Assembly (NCBI GenBank): GCA_963693365.1
Contig: CAVNZM010000002.1
Location: 14,417,615-14,481,614 of the forward strand
Length of the DNA: 64,000 nucleotides
Direction: 5' to 3'
DNA from: Amoebidium appalachense
Lineage: Eukaryota; Protista; Ichthyosporea
Shown in pieces: positions 1-27,962 of this stretch. Every line of letters starts with the position of its first letter. Positions within the stretch are counted from its first letter, which is position 1. The notes under the pieces were generated by a model. It was given only the letters and a program-made list of their open reading frames with translations, did not search any database and was not told the origin of the DNA. The translations under genes were made by a program, and so were the position numbers.

Positions 1-1168
1 TGTGCACTATTCGGTTTCTTTGGGGTTTTTTTTCCCCCCCTGTACATGTAGTGGTTTGCCTGATCAAAACACACACAAACTCACACATAAATCCTCTTTG
101 CGGGCCCTCAGGCTGTATGGGTCGACCAAGCGTGTTTTCCGCCATATTTTCTGTGTGGAAGTAGTGCTCTTGTTCACTATGTAGGCCATATAACAGCTTG
201 GCACTTACCACTGGCCATGCCGGCACCAGCCGGCACCCCCAGCAGCTCACGTACTGGCGGTGCGTCATCATGACAAAGTGATGGGCTGATTAGCCATAAA
301 TGGAAGGTAAAGAGCGGGTGATAGCTAAATATGGTTGTTACACGGCCTTTTTTGGCAACTGAACTTGAACTCCATTTTTTTTCGTTCCAGAGCAAAACAG
401 AACGACCGTCGAGGAAAAGAAGAAAGGAGTTACAATAACTTTTTGTACTTCTTGAAGTCAACTCTCGATTGCGCATTCAACAGCCTTCTTCCCGTCTTTT
501 TCTCAGGGAGCTTCTTGAGGTTAACAGTCTTTTCTTCATTTTTTTTTTTTTTCACGAAATCCTTCAAGCCATCAATTGTGGATGGGCGGTGGATGGTGAG
601 CGGGTGTGTGTGTGTGGGAAGGGGGAGGAGGGGGAGGAGGGGGGGGGGGGGGGGGGGAGGGGGGGGGGGGGTCGGGGAGAGGAGGAAGTGTTTTGTGCGC
701 GAATCTGTACTGCTTGACAAGCGTCCCACATGATTCCAGCTAATTTTAAGTCATAGCGGTTTTCTTAACTTGTCACGTCAAACATCCGTCTGCACAAACA
801 CCTCCGTGTTTCTTGGTGCACACGTTCACCGAAATGCTTTACAGCTGCTATCTTTTGCCAGCAGGAAACTCCACATTGTGGAAAAGTTTGTGGCGGGGGG
901 GAGGAAGGAGGGGAGGGGAGAGGGAGGGGGAGGTGGGGAGGGGGGGTAAGCTGACTCAGAGGAAGAGGGTGCAAGAGACACGTCGCAAAGATAGAAGGAA
1001 GAAAGGATGGTATAGGGGGGAAAGGGAGGTGTGGATGGGTGAGCGAGGGAGGGGGGGGGGGGGGGGGGGGGGACCGGAGATAGGGAAAGTGGGTCGAGAG
1101 AGCACACGACAGGGGGGGTATACAGGGATGGCGTTTAGGCCTCCTAAAACCTTCTCTTTGACACGCAG

Positions 1169-2615
1169 ACTGCCCGTTTGCCCATCTTCCGGCAGAACTC
1201 ACAGTTGCCATCGTTAGCCGACTGCCCATGGCAGACGGTTTCTCCTCCTCCCAAGTGTGCCATGCCTTTGCCGGACTGGCTCGGCACAAAGATGCAGGTC
1301 ACGTGAGAATCACAGTGCCCCCAACAGACAGGGCAGCCAGCCCCGAGGACCTCATGTTGCACGTGGCAGGCCTCAAAGTGTGGGCCAAGCAGGTAGAGGG
1401 GATTCATTTGGATGTAAGGCGGTTTGTTGCACAAGGAACTTGGTTTGACCCAACCGGACCTCGAGAGGTTCCTAGTTGCCTGCTGGAACGAGCTGCCCCC
1501 TTCTGTCATGGAAAGTATGACGATCTACTTTAAGAGACCATGGGGAACGTCGTATATTGAGGTACATATGGTTGCCCTGCACCCCCCCCCCCCCCCCCCT
1601 CAACTCCCACCCACTACCTGCCTGTGTTGGGAAGTGAATGGGCCGTAATGGGGATAGTGTGAATGGCTTGATCTTCTGGAGGCTTTGGAGAACACTATAC
1701 AGTCATTCGTTGCATACCCATTTTGCGTGTTCCCTTTTGCTCTCCGTTTGTTTTTTCCTGCAGCCTTTCTTTCGTTTGTGTGTGAATATACCTCCGTACT
1801 CCTCTTGTACCAGAGTCTTATTCCATACGGCTTTGCTTTGGTTGGGAACGAGGTTCAGAGTGTCAATTTACCAATTGTATTTTCTGTGTGACATAATTCG
1901 ATTGGATTCAAACGGTCCTTAAGCTTCCGCACATATTTCCTTACCCTCCCTTTCTTGCATCCGCTCCCTTCTCAACCTCTCCACCCGACCCTTTCACATT
2001 CCCAGATGCCCTTTTCAGAACCCATTCCAAACTGCTATATTATGTATTTCATGTACCTTGGCAGGCGTCATTACCGTTATCGCATTTTAACCACCCATCC
2101 TCCATCCACCCGTTCGTATCCAATCACCCACCAAAGCCTGCCCACTCACCTTTGGCTCACACGGCATCCTCCCCCCCTGCCCCTCCCTCCTCCCTCAGGG
2201 TCTTCCCATCGCATGTCGGAGCTGGCCAGCTGCTATTCGTATCCGCACTCAGCAGTCTTCGGCAGGCCGGCAAAAACACGTGTGTTCGGCGGCTCACCAT
2301 CGATTTCCCATGGCCACAGGACGACAGCGCTCTGTTGGAACCGGATGAGCTCGGTATGCTGTTTAAGTTCTTCGTCAATCTGGAATACCTCGAAACTGAC
2401 AATATCCCAAGCCCATCCATTGATCCTTACGATGAGAGCACGGGGCTTCGGAGATTGAAGACGCTGGTGTTGGACTCGGAATGTCGATTTGAAAATGCTC
2501 GAAAATTGCACGAAGCTACGTGAGATAAGCCTTGTCGATTTTGATGGACTCTGTAACGTCAACTCTCTCCCTCGGCTGCCCCTGTTGGAGGAATTGTATT
2601 TGCGCCCGCAACTTG
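1169..2615 (+). pseudogene. F-box + leucine-rich-repeat protein, apparently frameshifted (exons ~1169-1561, ~1763-1839, ~2199-2615)
   Basis: After the acceptor at 1168 the sequence reads PFAHLPAELTVAIVSRLPMADGFSSSQVCHAFAGLAR, an F-box pattern (LPxE..I...L.....VC). The last exon gives LRR-like LEYLETD / LKTLVLD / LENCTKLREISL / LPLLEELYL. Continuity needs frameshifts near 1423 and near 2476. The exon phases fit GT-AG sites. Confidence 0.65.
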
Positions 2616-2904
2616 TGGTAATTATGATCAGTGCCTTAGACTGCAAATGATTGGGGGCATGCGCAACGTCATCGTGTTCGCCGTGTTGTGTTCGCGCGCG
2701 GGCGTGTGTGCGTTGTGTGGCAGTGTATGTGTGTGTGGTTTCCGATGTGTCTGCTGTTTTGTGCTTGTGTGCTTTCCGCATGGTACCAGGTCCTTGAGCG
2801 GGTGTGTTTTTAAACGTAGTGTTCAGTAGATTGAATGCAGCAACATCTGCCCGATCCACAATGCCGCAAATACTTCATGTGTCTATGCGATTAAGTGTGT
2901 GCAC

Positions 2905-2966
<62 letters not shown>

Positions 2967-3792
2967 CGTGTGTGGTATGAAGTGTTCAAAATGTGTTCAT
3001 GTGCTACCGTGTGTGTGCCTAGCTCTCTCAGAGCCTCAGTGTGTCTGCTGTGCTCGCAGATACACTTGTATGTTCCGTGACATGTGCATGTGCGTGTGCG
3101 TATGCGTGCGTGTATTTGTGTTGTTCACAAATTGGCTACATATGTGTGCATGCACGTGTATGTGGTAGAGCAAAGGGTGGGGGTGGGGGTGGGGATGGGT
3201 GGGTGGGTGGGGGGGGGGGGAAGACTTGGCGGTGCCAAGAGAAGCCTTAAGGTGGGGGGGGGGGGGGGGGGGGGGGTGCAGGGGATACTAACACAGAGGT
3301 AGAAGGAGTGAAAAGTTTGTGCGTGCACGTGTGTGCGCAACGGCCATCATGCACACGACGAGCGCGTCCGTTGACGTCACCTGTGTGAGTGTGTGTGTGC
3401 TCGTGCGTACACCACAGCATGTGCTACGGTGTGTGCCTGAGTGGTGTGCATGTTTGGTGCTATCGGATCATAGTCCGCCGTTAATATTAGTGGAATCCCC
3501 CCCCCCCCCCCCCCCTCCCCCCCCCCCCCTTTCCCCTGGCCCCCTCCCTGGGCTGGGGATATAGGAGTTGGGGGAAGCTGCTTGCATGGCGCCGTACTGT
3601 AATGTGCAGCAGCGGGCTGTGGCACAGAAGCTGGTTTGGGGTTCGCCCCTTCGAACAATCAAAACCAATAAAATAAATAGTAACACAGACATTTTAGGTT
3701 TTCGCTAGACTCTTTTCTCGGAGTCCATCAATACTGGGTCATCTGAGTGTTTTCAAGGTATTGGTGGTGGTGGTGGTGGTGGTGATGGTGGG

Positions 3793-3837
<45 letters not shown>

Positions 3838-4370
3838 GGCAGGGAGAGGGGGGAGGGGTTTGCGTGATTTGAAGTCACAATGTACTACTACAGTGTAGGC
3901 TGCCGATGATGTACAGCTCAGGCAGTATTAACTATTATATAGCTATGTGTTACTTGAACACGAAACAAAAAAAAATAAAAAAATAAAAATAAAAAAACTA
4001 ACGTTATATCTCCACATACGATGTCTATCTGATACGTTATATCTCCACATACAAATCTGTATGATGTAAGTGTAACATCGAATTGTACATGTATATCTTG
4101 TTGGGTGGAAGTACTGTTGGCCTTGGTGCCGACATCTCATCACAAGCTCACATATATGTCGTAAATAAACAGCACATTCCCCCCCTAGCCATGTGTAAGG
4201 GGCCCGAAATCAGATCTACAGGATCGTCCCAAAGCCCCACGCAACCTAAAATTCAAGCCCACATAAGGTAATTTCCGCATTTGATATTTGTTTTCAATGC
4301 CCTGGGCTATCGGGTGGTACTGGTGGTGGTGTGGGGTGGTTCTGGCGCCCAGAAAGGGAGGGGGTAGGAG

Positions 4371-4402
<32 letters not shown>

Positions 4403-4839
4403 TTGCAGGTTGCCATGCAATATTAATGTGCCTCGGCTCAGCCTACTTGAGGAAGCACACGAATCCAGACTCCACAAAAGAATGATTTTTTCCATTATCC
4501 AAATTCATGGAGGCTGGTTTTCTCAAGAGGAAAAGGGGCCTTCACAGGCCTAGTAGGGGGAAGAGCCGGGGTGCATGGCAACTCAATTTGTATCATGAAG
4601 TGCCCCGATGACTTGAATGCACTGACTCACTGACATTGCCCGACGAATTCGAACGTCTACGGGATGCCTCACAGTGTCCACTCTCAACTTTTCTAAATAA
4701 GCCGGAAAAAAAAAAATAGGACCAGATAAAATTTTAAGCTGATAACCCCAGTGTGTGTGTGCGTGTGTGCGTGTGGGTGTGTGCGTGTGTGTGAGTGTGT
4801 GAGTCACTGGTGAGTGTGTGAGTGTGAGTGAGTGAGTGA

Positions 4840-4939
<100 letters not shown>

Positions 4940-5050
4940 GTATGTGTGTATGTGTGTGTATGTTTGCGCGTGCTTGTGTGTATGTGTGTGCATGTGCATG
5001 GGTGTGTGTATGTATCATGTGTGTTTGTGTGTCTCAGGCATGTTTTTCAA

Positions 5051-5082
<32 letters not shown>

Positions 5083-6149
5083 GGGCGGGGGGCTGGGGGG
5101 ATGTCCATTGATCCTGTTTCAACTTATCATACACCTTTAGCCTAACAGGCATCAATGGAGTCCCACAGGTATCTTATAATTATCATCAGACACCCAAAAA
5201 AAAGAAAAACCGGGCTGGTGACTAATTGAACACTAAATATTTTGAGTTCAAGTAAGGTTCCCAAACCTGTCAGTGGCCAGTTCCGATAATATGCATGTAC
5301 AAATCTTAGACTGTATTTTCTGAAATGACGGTTTCAGTGACATTTAGTAGGGAGGGAGGGGGCAGCAGCCCGAGTGGGGAGGGGGCACGGGGGGCCCGGG
5401 GGAAAGGGGGCGGGGGGGGGGGGGGAGGGGGGGGGGGGGGGGGGGGCGAGGGGAGGTGGGGGGGAGGGCAAGGGGGGAGGGCAAGGGGGGGGAGGGGGGG
5501 GGGGGGGGGGGAGGCCCACTCAAACTAGTTGCGTATACGCGGGACCCGGGGATGGGGGGTGGGTGGGTGGGTGGGGGGGGGGGGGGGGGGGGGGGGAGGC
5601 GAATGGGGCTGGACTGGGTTGGGGGCTGGAGGACAGGGGGGTTGTGATTGAGGGGGCAGTGTTGATGGTGGTGGTGGTGGTGGTGGTGGTGACCATGGTG
5701 GTGATGGTGACCGGTGGTGGTGGTGTGTGTACATGTGTGTGTGTGTGTGTGTGCACGTGTTCTGGGGGGTGGGGGAGGGGGAGGATTGCGGAGGGTCCAA
5801 GCGCTTTGAAGTTGGCCCAGGGGGGGGGGGGGGGGGGGGGGGGAGGGGGGGGGGGGGGGGGGGGGGTGGTTAGAGGGGGGAAAGCCGAATCCAGGCCGCT
5901 AGCCCGGCTGGGGCGCGCGGGGCCCTCGGAGGGCCCGGGTCCGACGGGGGCGGGGGCCCCCCGGGGGCCCGGGGGGAGGGGGGGGGGAGGTGGGGAGAGA
6001 GTCCTGCTTTGCCCCTTGAAAAAAATGAAATGAACAATCAAAATAACTCTTTTTTGATTATTTTCCGGCAGTCACATATAAAGAATAATCTACACTGAGC
6101 TGAGGGCCTGAGGCCCGTCCGACGGGGCCGTCACTCATCCGCTCAGGAT

Positions 6150-6290
6150 GAATTCTGTGACGTCACTCCATTGCTTCTTGTCCAATCATAATTCTTATCG
6201 AAAAATGTTGCAGCCAATCAGAATCGAGAAGCTATGTTATCTGTAGATATTGTGCCGCGCTACGTCACTCGGGAAAAAAACACGTGCACA
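6150..6290 (+). promoter_or_regulatory. Putative MetAP2 proximal promoter (CRE-like TGACGTCA, CCAAT boxes)
   Basis: TGACGTCA at 6158-6165, two CCAATCA motifs (~6182, ~6213) and TACGTCA (~6261) lie in non-repetitive sequence 200-300 bp upstream of the ATG. Motif match only. Confidence 0.35.
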
Positions 6291-6465
6291 CTTTCCATTT
6301 TCACTTTTGTTTCAACTTGCGCACTTTGCATGCACAAAACTGGCTGTAATAGTGGCAGATTATAGGCTGTGATTTGCATAGCGCATATTTAACTTGCAGG
6401 GTTGCAGAGAGGTGTGCCGCTGTGTGCCCCCGGAACATTAGCTTCTCTTTTTACTGGAAGCAGAC

Positions 6466-20524
<14,059 letters not shown>

Positions 20525-20660
20525 ATGCATCCACCGTGCCGATTTCAAGGGTTGACGTTTGGATTCTATTTCTGACCTACTATGGGTGTTGTGGAAGATG
20601 GACCGTAATGGACCTACCAGTGTGCATGATCTCGGCATCCCAGCATTCACTTTTTAAGAG

Positions 20661-20779
<119 letters not shown>

Positions 20780-22950
20780 GAGAGAGAGAGAGAGAGAGAC
20801 AGACAGAGAGAGACTTGCATGCACGTGCTCGGGCACGAGCACACACCAGTCTGAGAACATAAACACACATGCTTTCAATAGTGGCTCGATTGGTATGAAC
20901 ACGCCAGGCCCTTTGGACATTGCGTTGTAGTACGAAGGGATGTTGATTGACGCGTCTGATGCGATACCATGATGTATGTCGAGTTTTGATTTGATACCGC
21001 TGTGGCGGCCACTTTATGCAGTTTAAACGCTTAAAAACTCTGCTGTTTTGTAGACCATGATCAGCCAAATCAATTTATAGTATGGTGTGACGATCTATAA
21101 CACTGTGCTAGACATGTTGTTTGTGTGTCCAACTTTCTGTGTCTGCCTGTCTGCGTGCGGGCAGGCGCGCGTGCGAGTGTGTGCCTGCGTGCGTCTGTGA
21201 GGAAGTTTTTTGTGTGATACGAGTGCAGTGGTTTTTTTTTTTTTGGTTTTTTTTTTTTTTGTTGGTGCCGGGGGGACTCCGGGAGGGGAGGGGTTCTTGT
21301 ATAATAATGGTGGTATTGCACACATGTACGAACCCCTGTAGCCTAATAAAAGAAGAATAGCGATTCATAATAGTTCTTCTAATCAGGACCTGGTTGAGCG
21401 TCGAATTAAGAGGGAACACATGTGCACGTCGTGAAACATCCCCCCCGGGGCAATTGCGCCCGGGCCCCCTACCACCACCACCACAGGTACCACCACCACT
21501 GGGGCACATATACGGCCAGTGTGCCAGGCACCATGTGCACCCCCACCACCGGTACCCCCACCACCCCCATGGCCACCACCAGCACACACCACCCCCGCCA
21601 CCCGGTGACCCCTGCCACCACCACCAACTTGATTGGCAACCCCAGCTGGTGCAAACTTCACCGGCCAGGGACTCCGACGCCCGCGGGGGCAAAGGGGGCA
21701 TGCACTGAGTCCTCAGCTACTGGTTGGATTTATTGAGTAGCACGTGCCGCACGTCGTGTATTGATCATGATCATGAGCTGCACGTGCCGCACATACGTCG
21801 TTGCCTGACTCAGTGCCGCCCACAGGCTGTCCTGCACGTACGCGTTAGTTAGCGGTGCGCCGGGCCAGGGGGGGTGGCCCGGCTGCCCGGGCAGGCGGGG
21901 GCCCGGGGCCCTGGCAGCCTGGCCTGGCTCCGGCCGCCGGCTTCCCAGGGCGGCCCGGGCGGGTGATGATCGACAGACCTCGAGGGGGAACTTCGTCAGC
22001 ACTGCGCGCGACGGTGGGGCGCCGGCACGGTCACCGTATTTGATGAATGCCGTGCCGGATTTTTCAAGGGGACGATCCGGAGGGGGGCGGATCGGATCCA
22101 AAGAGCGTTGGCTGATCACGTGACTCACCTGCCCTTGAAAAATTGAGCCGATTCATTTGACTCGTACACAGGCAGAGAGGCCAGCCAGCGGGCATAGCCT
22201 ACAAAAATAGGCACAGCCTAGGCCTGGCAGGACGTGCGCGGCGACACACGGTGTTTGACGGTGAGTCCGCCCGCGGCCACCCTGCTGCCAGTGACACACG
22301 AAAACTTTCTTCGATCGCCCGTGACGAGCGACTACGGCAAGCTGCTTTGGGACCGGAAGGCTTGCTGTTGCATGTTTTGGATAAGCCCAGACCTAATCGG
22401 AGAGCGAAGTAACAAGCTTGTGACCAATCGACAGCTACAATCGGATACATCGCGGCAAGGATGATTAGTTTAAACAGAATAGTCCGTACGATTGCTTGTC
22501 CAAGCGTGTTGCCTTTCCTACCCAGGTGATTTTCAAAAGATGAAATCTGAAATATTACGGAAGCAACGAAGCGCGCTGGTTAAATCTGAGATATCCAGAT
22601 GTGATCGTACACTGTCGCCGGCATACTGCCAGCGCCCTACAGATTTGATCGTATCATCAGATTTCTGGTCATACATAGTGCGCCAAAATCTGGGGCCGTA
22701 CGATCAAATCTGGTTTGTTTTGGGCCCGATCGGATTAGTTAGCGGCGCTTCCAAAAAAGGCTAGCCAATATGATTAAAACCATTGGCCAATTCTCTGCAG
22801 TAGAATCGACATGAAAATAGCTATATATGGGTTGTCGGTCATCCAATTAAATGCGGCGGATATCAAGGGGTTGATGCGGGACAATATCCAGTTGTCCGGC
22901 GTCGAGGCCGCGGGCCTCGAGCTTTATTATTATTACTATAAACGTGCGTA

Positions 22951-23010
<60 letters not shown>

Positions 23011-23860
23011 CATACATACATACATACACACACGTACATATCATATACCACCCAACTACAGTATGGCAAATGTTATATGGCTTACTCCGTGTACCTGCAG
23101 GTAATCGAAACTCCAACATGCATGCCAACAACAAGTGAGGAAGCAATGCACATGTATGAAAATACTATAAAATCACCTATAGGTCTTCGCGGTCCAGAAT
23201 ATTGCTGCAGTCTAATTTGATGTCCGGAAGAAGCCACAGTAGAGTACCGGAAGTAAATTCGAGCACCGCTGTCATCGTTTCTGCAAAGAAACACACATGT
23301 TAATGATATATTCCTTAATAGACACATGTAAATGACATATTCCCTTAATAGCCTCACGTCCTTCTGGTGTATGCATTAAGTTATTTTTTAATTTTTTTAT
23401 TGCCTCTATGAAGAAGGCTCAGTATTTGCTGCACGAGGTAGCATTCCACTATGGACCTATCACATGCACTAGGTGCATATCTCATTTTTTGATAAGTCGT
23501 ACAAACACAGGGATATGTGTCTGTGTGTGTAGGGGGGACCGCGCTCTCTGCATCCGAGCAGATGCAGGAGGGAAAAAAGATGTGATATGACCAGGTAAAA
23601 AGATGAGAGACGTATGTACATGTGTACATTTGAGTTTTTAGAATCGTGTCTTCGAGTAGTCTTTTTCATTTAAGTGGTGAGAGTGAGTGAGTGAGTGAAT
23701 GAGTGTGGCGAGAAGAGGGAAGGGATGCAGAGGGGTGGGGGGTTAGGAGGTTGGGGCAGGCGGGCGGGCGGGAATGGGCGGGTCGGAGGGGGGGGAGGGC
23801 ATGCATCCAGTACCTTATTTATTCTCTGGATTCCCGAGCCGTGTATTGATGGGTGTTGTT

Positions 23861-24043
23861 TTACGTTGCTGTGGCCAAATGACTATGCAAGCCTTTGCGT
23901 GCATTGTCGCAGGCGATGCCCCCCCCCCCCTCTTTATGGCCTTGTAGACAGCATCGGTTGCAGGGTCCAGGGATCCAGTGACGAGGTAGTTGGTCATGAC
24001 TGAAAGGAGTGGGGAGGGGGGTGGGAGGGAGGAAGGGAGGGAA

Positions 24044-24090
<47 letters not shown>

Positions 24091-24241
24091 GGGGGGGGGA
24101 TGACAGTGATGCAGAGGAGCTTGGGCTTCTTACGGAAGGCAAAAAGAATTGGGTGGCAATGAATGTGGGGATGGGAATAAGGGAGTCGAAGATGAGGGTT
24201 TGGGTTGGTGGTGGTGGTGGTTGGTGGTGGTGGTGGTAATG

Positions 24242-24272
<31 letters not shown>

Positions 24273-24351
24273 GGGGGGGGGGGGGGGGGGGGGGGGACAA
24301 GGGAGACAATTACCCGGGGTGAGGGAGAAGGGCACAGGGGCATATCAGAAA

Positions 24352-24383
<32 letters not shown>

Positions 24384-24881
24384 CCGATGTATATGTCTAC
24401 GTGTGTATGTGCGCGCAGATTTATGCCCAGTGTGCTTGTGTGTGTGTGCATATGTGCGTGCGTATGCATGTAAACGCGTGTGTGGGTACCAGTGTAGTGA
24501 GTGTGTGCCGATATATTTTGTGTGCCTCCCTGTGTGCTTTCACCGGTGTGTGTGTGTGTGGGTGTGTGTGTGTATGTGTGGTATGTGTGGGTGTGTGTGT
24601 GTGTGTGTGTGTGCCTGATGATATGTCTGTGTGTGTATGTGTGCCCATGTGCATGTTTGTGCATGGTGTGAGGGAGAAGGGCAAAGGGGCATATCAGAAG
24701 GTGTGTGTATGTGTGTGCCCGATATATGTGTCTGTGTGTATGTGCACACAGATTTGCGCTCGGTGTGCTTGTGTGTGTGTTCATGTGTGTGTGCGCCTGC
24801 ATGTAAACGTGTGTGTGGGTACCGGTGTAGTGAGTGTGTACCAATTTATTTTGTTTGCCTCCCTGTGTGTTTTCACCACTG

Positions 24882-24934
<53 letters not shown>

Positions 24935-24939
24935 TATGA

Positions 24940-24975
<36 letters not shown>

Positions 24976-25606
24976 CGGCACGTATATGTGCGTGCATGTG
25001 TATGTGCGTGCTAGTATGGTCACGTACGGTACACCAGGTGAGTTTTGGCGGGATCAAGCTGCCCGACCGTGCCCACTCCAAGTGAGCGAGCTGTTTTCCC
25101 GTGACACACAAACGAGTTGTTGACCAGCTCATCGGTTGTAAAGATGTCATCAGTAAGAATTCTTGCCGATATGGTGGGCTTGTTGGCACTCCAGGCAGCC
25201 CGCACGGCCTTTTTGGTGAATGCAGCCTGTGGTAAAGCGAGAAAGGGAGGGAGGATGGGGTGGGGGGGGGGCAAAAACATATGGAAGTGCCGAAAGATTA
25301 AAATGTTGCTCACCTAACACGAAGCTTTCTTACGTGGTTTTACGTGGTTTCAAGACTACATCATCGTGCACCACCATGTTTGGTTGGTTGGTTTGGCTGT
25401 TTGATTAGGAGGAAACGGGGAAGTGGTGTGTGTGCCTGCGTGTGTGTGCGCACGTGCATGTACGTGTCTGTCTGTGTGTGTGTGTATGTTGGGTACCGGC
25501 CTGCAATACTAAAGGTATGCAATTCTTCCCCCCGGTTTGTTGTGCTAGCCGTTCTCCGTTGTGTGTGTGTGCGCACGAGCGCGAGTGTGTGTGCGTGTGT
25601 GTGTGT

Positions 25607-25663
<57 letters not shown>

Positions 25664-26386
25664 TGTGTGTAAGTACCACAAAGACAAGAAAACCCGTGAA
25701 GAGAGCCCTTAAACCAGAGAGTAACTACAAGGCGAAAAAAAGTAGGTCACGGTGGCGACTACTTTTGTTTCCTCTGTACAATCTTTGCCTAGGTGAACCC
25801 CCCACCCCACTCCCCCACCTCCTTCCCCCCTTCTCCTCCTGCATTCCCCACTTCTCCTCCTGCACAAAACAAAAAGGCGGCGGGGGGGGTTGTCCTCTTT
25901 GGGATAACTTGTCTTTCGTTCTGCTCATATAAAGACAAGGTGTGGTCTCCGTATACTTATGACACACTGATAAGCCTTCCTCTATGGCAGACAAAACTAG
26001 TCTTTTTACACACGTTTAGTGACTTTTGAGACCCTTACCAGCAACAGCAGCGGGGAGTCTGGACACAACTTCTCCCTGGAACCACTGCAGCGTACCGACG
26101 TTCATCTGCACCCAGGGGATGTACACAGTGCTGCCCACCGTGGGTTCCTTGGTTAAACTCTCTGGTGCCCTTTTGGCATCCCAACCTTCATCAAACTCGC
26201 AAAGCGACCGCAACTGGTACACATCCATGTCACCATCGTGGGCCTGAACTACAAACCAATCACCTCCCAAATCAATGTGTGTTTCCACGGATTACCCTCG
26301 TGGCTTTTATCAGGCTTTATGCCCTTTGGTGGGTACTTCTCAACTGGGAGACTGGCAGGCACCAGACTATAATTAGAGACGCCCAT
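23861..26386 (-). pseudogene. Tudor/SH3-like + BEN-domain protein, apparently frameshifted
   Basis: Exon ~26386-26037 contains PTVGSTVYIPWVQMNVGTLQWFQGEVVSRL (Tudor-like beta barrel) and ends at a GTAAG donor. Exon ~25227-25029 reads KPTISARILTDDIFTTDELVNNSFVCHGK...QLDPAKTHLVY, matching the BEN pattern (AR.L...F...EL..S...G...LDP.K). The last exon (~23999-23861) gives VYKAIKR/GIACDNARK. Frameshifts are needed at a CACACA (~26280) and in a G12 run (23919-23930). Domain calls are by eye. Confidence 0.6.
24318..24900. repeat. ~350-bp tandem duplication inside an intron of the BEN relic
   Basis: GTGAGGGAGAAGGGCA.AGGGGCATATCAGAA...GGGTACC.GTGTAGTGAGTGTG...GCCTCCCTGTGTG.TTTCACC occurs at ~24318 and ~24668. 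Confidence 0.85.
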
Positions 26387-26752
26387 GTTGGCAGATCGCT
26401 CAGTGAGGCTAAGACACACCTAATTCTAGCTGAGATATGAGCTGTGAAGTGTTTAACTTCTGTGGGAAACTGTGACGTGCTGGTTGAAGTGGGCTGCAAT
26501 TTTAAACTAAACACCACGGATCGATGACCGTTTGTGTGTGCCGTTTGGCCGTTGCCCGCCACTACTCTTCCACCAATCATTGATCGAGAAGTCAAATTGG
26601 GTACTGGCCCGGCCCGATGGTATGCCGGGTCAACGTGCAAGGAAGCTCGAAAAAAAAAAATCAACCCCTTCGTTTCCGTTTTCAAAACACAGCAGAACCT
26701 ACGGTAAACCTATGTACTATCCTAGGAACGTGCCGCAGTGTACCGTCGCAGA

Positions 26753-27894
26753 ATGTCCGGCTATATCAGTATTATTCACAAGAAAATCCACCTTCCCCCA
26801 GTGTACGGAAACGGGATCTATAACCCAGTAGTGTTAAAACAATTCCTTTCACCGAAAGAGGCAAACGTTTTGGTAGAAGAACTGCACAAGGTTCAAGCAG
26901 AAGAAAAACTGTCTTACCGATCGTACTCGTACAACTTCGGTTGGGTTGGTTTTGTTTGAGCATCTGGGTGAGCTGTATATCCCAACTCTGGAACGGTCGA
27001 GAGACTTGTGTTTTTTGGCTGGAAGTTGTAATTACACTAGGGAATTTCGTGAGTCCGTGCTCGATGTTATAGGGGATCTCGGTAATGTAAAACTGATTTA
27101 ATAAAACTGATTTAATAGTAATCTGTTAAATGGCCTACCCCACTAGTACCAACAAATGTATGGTACATATATACGTGCGCATATATGCATGCATCACTGC
27201 AACCCCGGGCGCACTGCCGGCGCTGGCGCCGGAGGCGGCGTCAGTGCAGATCGATCGCGCCTATTGGTTGAAGCTGTTAGTCGCACATTCCATTTCACGT
27301 TCCATTTATACGATAGAATACGGTGATACCAGGCTCTGCCAGATGTGTTCGATTTTGGCTTCGTCTCACCAGCCACATTTCAGAATTTGTCGTTCGGCAT
27401 CGCAAAAAGCCATATCACTTCATATTTGAACTTTTCAAAATCACCTGGGTAGTTCAATCCCGAAAGCATGACCGACCTCCCAAAAAGTGCTCACGCGCGA
27501 CTTGCCATAACTACATGGCAGATATGAAGTATAGGTATGTGTGCCACCACTCGGAGTCCAGGGCCTGCCAGGCTGCCAGCCTGCCAGGCGCGGTGATTAA
27601 GCCTATGTAAATCTATCCCAAAAAACTACCTAAATATCATATTGCTTTTCTCCCGATCTATCACAAAACCTACCTAAATATCATAGATCATATCCCGGAA
27701 AATCCCGAAAAATGGACCTAAATATCAAGTTCATCTATCCCTTGGGCCCCTATCTATCCCGAGAAATATCATTTTTCTCTCGCTGAAGCCTAAATATCCG
27801 GGCTAATATCCGGTGCTAAACTTAGCCCGGCGGGCAGGTATCCATAATATTTCGAAGACTCAGGCCTAAGTATCACGTGTGCGTGTGTGTGTGC

Positions 27895-27962
<68 letters not shown>

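Noticed and set aside
177-729. Minus-strand Lys-rich ORF piece (KKKKNEEKTVNLKKLPEKKTGRR...) and a GTAAGT donor near 207
   Set aside because: No acceptor, start or recognisable domain could be linked into a gene model. It may belong to something extending beyond the window.
1144-1509. Cys/His-rich minus-strand ORF resembling a zinc finger or piggyBac CRD
   Set aside because: It is antisense to the F-box exon, which explains the region better.
21383-21736. His/Pro/Thr-rich ORFs
   Set aside because: Degenerate (CCA)n repeat open in several frames, with no splice or domain support.
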